Source: Chthoniobacteraceae bacterium
Lineage (GTDB): Bacteria > Verrucomicrobiota > Verrucomicrobiia > Chthoniobacterales > Chthoniobacteraceae
Assembly: GCA_031409655.1 (NCBI GenBank)
Contig: JANNXQ010000099.1
Location: forward strand, 1 to 64,000
Direction: 5' to 3'
DNA length: 64,000 nt
Of the stretch, positions 58,757 through 64,000 are shown piece after piece. Position numbers and translations under genes: made by a program. The notes under the pieces are model-generated. The model did not search any database. It was not told the origin of the DNA and saw nothing but the letters and a program-made list of their open reading frames with translations. The first letter of the stretch is position 1. Every line of letters begins with the position of its first letter.

Positions 58757-58859
58757 GAGTTGAGTGTCGGGAGTTGAGCGTTGAGTGATCCAAATTGGAG
58801 CGCGGAGCGCTGCCGATGGGTGGCCACACGGCGGATTCTCAGCACTTAACTCTCAACTT
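58757..58859. repeat. Inverted degenerate heptamer arrays (GAGTTGA / TCAACTC)
   Basis: gagttga gtgtcgg gagttga gcgttga gtg ... ctcagca cttaact ctcaact in a divergent intergenic region. Confidence 0.65.
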
Positions 58860-58865
58860 CTCCCG

Positions 58866-59513
58866 ATGGACCAACAGCTTCTTTTTCTGATCAACCGCGA
58901 ATGGACGAGCGCACCGCTCGATCTCTTCATGGCGGCGCTCTCGAGCCTGGATGCGTGGATGCCCATCATCATCGCCAGCGGCCTCGCCATGGCCATCTGG
59001 GGAAACTTTCGCTGCCGTGCTTTCCTCGCTGCGGCACTGATCGTCGTCGGGATCAATGACGGCCTCATTTCGCGCTCCCTCAAGCGTCTCGTGGATCGGC
59101 CCCGACCGCATCAATCCCACAACGACGTGCGCCAGGTGGATCTCGCCAAGGCCAAGCCGCGCGCGCTGGCCCTTTTCAAGCCCGTGAAAGTGAAACTCTC
59201 GCGCACCACCCTGCACGATGTGGATGGCCGCTCCTTTCCCTCCTCACACACCATGAACACGATCTCCGCCGCGCTCGTCGCCGTCTGCTTCTTCGGGCGC
59301 CGCGCGTGGTGGACCTTGCTCGTCGCGGCTCTCATCGCCTACTCCCGCATCTACACCGGCGCGCACTGGCCGACGGATGTGGTGACATCGATCTTCCTCG
59401 GCGTCGGCACGACGCTGCTTTGGCTCATGATGCTGGAGTGGCTCTGGCGCAGGCACGCTGGGCAATTGCTGCCGCGGCTGCACGCCCAGCACCCGAGCCT
59501 GCTGGCTGCCTGA
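58866..59513 (+). CDS. PAP2-family lipid phosphatase
   Basis: K...RPRP, SFPSSH, SRIYTGAHWPTDV. Confidence 0.92.
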   Translation: MDQQLLFLINREWTSAPLDLFMAALSSLDAWMPIIIASGLAMAIWGNFRCRAFLAAALIVVGINDGLISRSLKRLVDRPRPHQSHNDVRQVDLAKAKPRALALFKPVKVKLSRTTLHDVDGRSFPSSHTMNTISAALVAVCFFGRRAWWTLLVAALIAYSRIYTGAHWPTDVVTSIFLGVGTTLLWLMMLEWLWRRHAGQLLPRLHAQHPSLLAA

Positions 59514-59542
59514 CGGATGTTTCCCGCATCGCCTCTCCACCG

Positions 59543-61120
59543 ATGACCGCCCGCCGCCTCCTCTTCCTCTTCCTCGGCGCGCTCACCGTGCTGCGTCTCG
59601 CCTACGCCTCCCAGGTCGAGCTCTCGCCCGACGAGGCCTACTACTCTCAGTGGGCCCAGCGGCTGGACTGGAGCTACTTCAGCAAAGGCCCCGGCATCGC
59701 CGTGACGATGTGGTTGAGCACGCATCTCGCCGGCGTCAGCGAACTCGGCGTCCGCCTCTTCAGCCCGCTCCTCGCGCTCGGGACCTGCCTGCTCATGTTC
59801 TCCTTCACCCGCCGGCTCTACGGCGAGTCCGTGGCCGTGTGGACGGTGCTGATGATGAATTGCACGCCCATCTTCCAAGTGGGTGGACTCGTCATGACGA
59901 TCGATCCGCTCTCGATCTTCTTTTGGATGGCCGCCCTCTACGCCTTCTGGCTCGCCCTCGAGCGCAGCCCGGCATTTTCCCTCTGGTGGCCGGCGACGGG
60001 GCTGCTCATCGGGCTGGGATTCCTGGCGAAATTTACCGCCGCCATGCAGCTCCTCTCAGTCGTCTTGGCGCTGGTCATCATGCCCCGTTATCGCCGCGAA
60101 TTTCGCCGCCCCGGTTTCTACACGCTGCTCGCCGCCTTCGCGGTCTGCACCATTCCCCCGATAGTCTGGAATGCGCGGCACGACTGGATCACCGCCGTCC
60201 ACCTCCGCGCGCGCGGCGGGCTGAAAGGCAGCTTCGGCATCGACCTCGGCGAGTGGTTCAGCTTTGTCGGCGCGCATTTCGGCGTTTACTCACCGCTCAT
60301 CTGCGCGGGTTTCGTCGTCGCGCTCTGGTGGGGCTGGCGCGCCGCGCGCATCCACACCAAGCCGCAGTTTCTCCTCGTCTTCACGCTCCCGCTGCTCGCG
60401 CTCTACCTCTTCCTCGCGCTCAAGCAGGCCGGCGAAGCAAACTGGACCGCGCCCGCCGCGCTCAGCCTCGGCATCCTCGCCACCGCGCTCTGGCACGAAA
60501 AGGCCAGGGAACACGCCTGGGCGCGCACCTTCTGCATCGCCGCACTCGTCGTCGGCGCGGGGATGAGCCTGCTCACGCTCAACTCCGACGCCGTCCGCAC
60601 CCTCGGCCTGCCCCTTTCCTACGACCTCGATCCCTCCGCGCGCCTCCGCGGCTGGCACTCCGCCGCCGAGCGCATCGAAGAGTTCCGCCACCGCTACGAA
60701 GCCGAGCACGGCGAGCCCGTCTTCCTCATCGCGAACAACTATGGCAGCGCCGCCAGCCTCGCCTTTTACCTCAAGGACAAACGCCCCGAAGGTCCCGGCC
60801 ACCCGCCGGTTTATGTGCCCGAGTCCGCCTACCCGGAGAACCAATTTTTCTTCTGGCCGCGCTACGACGAGAACCTCGATCTCCCGCCCGGTGAACCTCC
60901 CCCCGGGCTGTACTACACCGAGGAAATGGGCTACAACCCCTTCCTCGGTCGCTCCGCGCTCTACATCACCGAACGCGCCGAGGAGCGCGCGCCCTCCTCC
61001 ATCAAGCGCGGCTTCGAGCGCGTGGAAATGATCGCCTGCATCGAGCAATCGCGCCGCGGTCAGCCGCTCCGCCAACTGCGCATCTTCGCCTGCCACCGCT
61101 ACAAGCAGGTCGATCTATGA
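59543..61120 (+). CDS. GT-C membrane glycosyltransferase (ArnT/PMT_2-like)
   Basis: LSPDEAYY..W, SKGPG, VRL, TIDP, GLGFLAKF, P.IVWN; multi-TM. Confidence 0.85.
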   Translation: MTARRLLFLFLGALTVLRLAYASQVELSPDEAYYSQWAQRLDWSYFSKGPGIAVTMWLSTHLAGVSELGVRLFSPLLALGTCLLMFSFTRRLYGESVAVWTVLMMNCTPIFQVGGLVMTIDPLSIFFWMAALYAFWLALERSPAFSLWWPATGLLIGLGFLAKFTAAMQLLSVVLALVIMPRYRREFRRPGFYTLLAAFAVCTIPPIVWNARHDWITAVHLRARGGLKGSFGIDLGEWFSFVGAHFGVYSPLICAGFVVALWWGWRAARIHTKPQFLLVFTLPLLALYLFLALKQAGEANWTAPAALSLGILATALWHEKAREHAWARTFCIAALVVGAGMSLLTLNSDAVRTLGLPLSYDLDPSARLRGWHSAAERIEEFRHRYEAEHGEPVFLIANNYGSAASLAFYLKDKRPEGPGHPPVYVPESAYPENQFFFWPRYDENLDLPPGEPPPGLYYTEEMGYNPFLGRSALYITERAEERAPSSIKRGFERVEMIACIEQSRRGQPLRQLRIFACHRYKQVDL

Positions 61121-61830
61121 CCGAGCCCGCCCTCTCCGTCGTCATCCCGCTCTACAACGAGGAGGACAACATCGTCCCGCTCCAGGAAGAGCTGGCCGCC
61201 GCGCTCGCCGGCATTGATTACGAACTCATCCTCATCGACGACTGCTCGCAGGACGCCACGCTCCAGCGCATCCGGCGCGGGCCGGAAGTGCGCATCATCG
61301 AGTTTGCAAAAAACACCGGCCAGAGCGCCGCGATGTACGCCGGCGTCAATGCCGCGCGCGGCGCGAAAATCGTGCTCCTCGACGGCGACCGCCAAAACGA
61401 TCCGGCCGATATTCCCCGCATGATCGCCAAGCTCGACGAAGGCTACGACCTCGTCTGCGGCTGGCGCGCCAAGCGGCAGGACAGTTGGTCAAAGAAACTC
61501 ACGAGCCGCTTCGCGAACTTCGTCCGCAGCCGTTTCACCCGCGACGGCGTCCACGACACCGGCTGCACCTTGAAAGTCATGCGGCGCGAATGCCGCGAAG
61601 CGCTCGTCCCTTTTTACGGCATGCACCGCTTCATCCCCGCGCTCATCAAAGGCCTGGGCTACCGCATCACCGAGCTGCCCGTTCATCACCGCCCCCGCGT
61701 CGCCGGCGTCAGCAAATACGGCTTCGGCAACCGCGCGCTCAAAGCCACCATGGACATGTTTGCCGTCCGCTGGCTGCTCGGCCGCCAGCTCCAGATCCGG
61801 ATCAAAGGCGAACTCAACGGCACTCCCTGA
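61117..61830 (+). CDS. Polyprenol-phosphate glycosyltransferase (GT2, ArnC/DPM1-like)
   Basis: SVVIPLYNEEDN, GQSAA, LDGDRQNDPAD, DTGCTLK, HRFIPAL, GVSKY. Confidence 0.9.
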   Translation: MTEPALSVVIPLYNEEDNIVPLQEELAAALAGIDYELILIDDCSQDATLQRIRRGPEVRIIEFAKNTGQSAAMYAGVNAARGAKIVLLDGDRQNDPADIPRMIAKLDEGYDLVCGWRAKRQDSWSKKLTSRFANFVRSRFTRDGVHDTGCTLKVMRRECREALVPFYGMHRFIPALIKGLGYRITELPVHHRPRVAGVSKYGFGNRALKATMDMFAVRWLLGRQLQIRIKGELNGTP

Positions 61831-61858
61831 GCCCCGCCGATCTCGTGGGCTGCTGACC

Positions 61859-62980
61859 ATGAAATCTCTTCGCGACTTCGCTCTCCTCATTGCCCTGCTC
61901 GGCTTGGGCGTGTTCTTCACCGTGCAGGTGCCGGACTTCCTCAGTGCGCGGAATCTCTCCCTCCTGATGATCGACTTCGCGATCACTGCGACGCTCGCCG
62001 TTGGCATGTTACTCGTGATCCTGCCGGGGCACATCGATCTCAGTGCGGGGAGCGGGGTCGGGCTCATTGGCGGCCTCACCGCGGTGCTGGTCAGCAATCA
62101 TCAGTGGCCTGCCCCATGGGCGATGCTCGTGGGTCTGCTCGTCGCGGTGGCGCTCTGGTTCACGATGGGCACGCTCATCGTGCGCGAGCGGATCCCGGCT
62201 TTCATCATCACCCTTGGTGGGCTGCTCGTTTTCAAAGGGCTCTTCTGGCTCGTCATCCAGAGCCACACGGTGCCCATCGTGGTCGGTGGCGGCTCGAATC
62301 TTTACTCGCAACTCACCACTTACTACCTGCCGCGTCCCATGGGTTACGCGCTTGCGGCGGTGGTGGTCGCCGGGCTTGCTTTCGTGCATCTCCGCAGCCG
62401 CGCGGCGCGACTGGCGCACGGCTTCGGCGCGGAGGATCGCGAGGCGGAATTCCTCAAGCTCTTCATCGCCGCGCAGATCGTTTTCCTCTTCGTCATCGTC
62501 ACGAATCAATTTCGCGGCGTGCCGCTCCCGGCGCTGATCCTCGGTGCCGTGGCCCTCGGCGTTTGGGTGCTCACCCAGCACACGCCGTGGGGCCGCTACC
62601 TTTACGCCATCGGCGGAAACGAAGAAGCCTCCGTGATCAGCGGCATCCCCGTGGCCCGCGTCACGGTGGGCGCTTTCACCCTCATGGGCGTCATCGTCGC
62701 CATCACCGGACTCATGCAGACGGCCTACGGCGGCGCGAGCACCACGACGGTCGGCGATCTCATGGAACTCGACGCCGTCGCCGCGTGCGTAATCGGCGGC
62801 ACATCGTTAAAAGGCGGACGCGGCACGGTGCTGGGCGTGCTCTTCGGCGCCCTCATTATGGCGTGTCTGATCAATGGCATGACGCTCATGGCGGTGAAGC
62901 CCGAGGCGAAATTCATCGCCCGCGGCCTCGTGCTCATCGGCGCCGTCTGGATGGACGTGCGAATGGCGCGCGGGAAGTAG
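61859..62980 (+). CDS. Sugar ABC transporter permease (XylH/GguB-like)
   Basis: GHIDLSAGS, IPAFIITLGG, GRYLYAIGGNEEA, ELDAVAACVIGGTSL.GGRG. Confidence 0.9.
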   Translation: MKSLRDFALLIALLGLGVFFTVQVPDFLSARNLSLLMIDFAITATLAVGMLLVILPGHIDLSAGSGVGLIGGLTAVLVSNHQWPAPWAMLVGLLVAVALWFTMGTLIVRERIPAFIITLGGLLVFKGLFWLVIQSHTVPIVVGGGSNLYSQLTTYYLPRPMGYALAAVVVAGLAFVHLRSRAARLAHGFGAEDREAEFLKLFIAAQIVFLFVIVTNQFRGVPLPALILGAVALGVWVLTQHTPWGRYLYAIGGNEEASVISGIPVARVTVGAFTLMGVIVAITGLMQTAYGGASTTTVGDLMELDAVAACVIGGTSLKGGRGTVLGVLFGALIMACLINGMTLMAVKPEAKFIARGLVLIGAVWMDVRMARGK

Positions 62981-63112
62981 CCCGGGAGCGCCGCCGTCCC
63001 GTGCGGCATCGTTCCAGGCGCGCGCAGCGCCACATTTCGTCGTTGGTATTTGCGAATAGGCGCTGCGCGCGCCATGCACGATGCCGCACGGGACGGCGGC
63101 GCTCCCGGCTAC
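62977..63112. repeat. GTAG...CTAC long inverted repeat (REP/REPIN-like element)
   Basis: gtagcccgggagcgccgccgtcccgtgcggcatcgt pairs with acgatgccgcacgggacggcggcgctcccggctac (one 1-nt indel); inner stem ggcgcgcgcagcgcc / ggcgctgcgcgcgcc. Confidence 0.85.
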
Positions 63113-64000
63113 AGTACCGTCCCGCGCAGGATGGCGGAGGCGGCGGTGAAGTAGATGATCAGGCCAGTGACATCGACCAGCGTGGCGACGAAGGGCGCCG
63201 AGGAGGTGGCCGGGTCGATCCCGCAGCGGCGTAGGAAGAGCGGGAGCATCGCACCGGAGATCGTGCCCCAGAGCACCACCCCCATGACCGCGGCCGACAC
63301 GGTGAAGGCGATCAAGAGGTAGTGTGGTCCGTAGGCTTCCGAAAAACGCGACCAGACGATGATCCGCAAGAAGCCGATCCCCGCGAGCAGTGCGCCGAGG
63401 AGCAGCCCGGAGGCGATCTCGCGCTTCATCACCCGCCACCAGTCGCCGATCTTGATCTCGCCGAGCGACAGCGCGCGGATGATGAGCGTCGAGGCCTGCG
63501 AGCCCGAGTTGCCGCCGCTGGAGATGATCAGCGGGATGAAAAGTGCGAGGACCAGCGCGCTCGCCAGTTCATGCTCAAAGACGCCCATCACCGTCGCCGT
63601 GAGCATCTGCCCGAGGAAAAGCACGACGAGCCACACCGCCCGCTTGCGCACGAGTTCAAAGAGCGGCGCGTCCATGTAGGGCTCCTCCAGCGCTTCCACG
63701 CCGCCGAGCTTCTGGATGTCTTCCGTCGCCGCCTGCTCCTGCACATCGAGGATGTCGTCCACCGTCACGATGCCGAGCAGTCGGTGCTCGCTGTCCGTCA
63801 CCGGGAGCGTATTGCGGTCATATTTTCGAAAAGCTTCGATCGCTGCCTCCTCGGGGTCCGTGGCCTTCAGCGCGATGAAGTGCGAGTCATGGATGTCGCG
63901 CACGCGAGTCTCCACGGAATGGAGGAGGAATTCGCGGATGCGCACGTCGTCGATCAGCCGTCCGTGCTCGTCGGTCACGTAGATCACATTCAGCGTCTCG
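63109..64000 (-). CDS. mgtE: Magnesium transporter MgtE (5' part lies outside the window)
   Basis: CBS domains, [34 protein letters not shown]. Confidence 0.95.
   Translation of the reverse strand, partial: ETLNVIYVTDEHGRLIDDVRIREFLLHSVETRVRDIHDSHFIALKATDPEEAAIEAFRKYDRNTLPVTDSEHRLLGIVTVDDILDVQEQAATEDIQKLGGVEALEEPYMDAPLFELVRKRAVWLVVLFLGQMLTATVMGVFEHELASALVLALFIPLIISSGGNSGSQASTLIIRALSLGEIKIGDWWRVMKREIASGLLLGALLAGIGFLRIIVWSRFSEAYGPHYLLIAFTVSAAVMGVVLWGTISGAMLPLFLRRCGIDPATSSAPFVATLVDVTGLIIYFTAASAILRGTVL

Overview
GC-rich bacterial window. Gene content (H-X9-DG prepilin-like protein, PEP-CTERM protein with exosortase, ECF sigma factors paired with Ser/Thr kinases) suggests Verrucomicrobia or another PVC lineage; this is inference. 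In order: pstC-pstA-pstB-phoU and lysA; glgB on the minus strand; a putative iron-responsive surface module (Fur-box-like site, AraC regulator, prepilin-like protein, PEP-CTERM protein, Kelch+PQQ propeller fusion) ending in a translationally coupled, stand-alone gene resembling the IS110 RuvC-like domain; an approx. 8.4 kb signalling cassette (LRR Ser/Thr kinase, ECF-sigma::kinase fusion, Thr-type ECF sigma) bracketed by a 76-bp direct repeat from inside the neighbouring ROK kinase gene; an approx. 29 kb Wzx/Wzy exopolysaccharide locus with an exosortase and many decorating enzymes; SRP RNA (ffs); envelope genes; a GTAG/CTAC REP-like hairpin; and a truncated mgtE. The most notable signals are the ECF-kinase fusion cassette with its ROK-derived scar and the apparently domesticated IS110-derived gene. 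All calls come from reading motifs by eye; no database searches were run.
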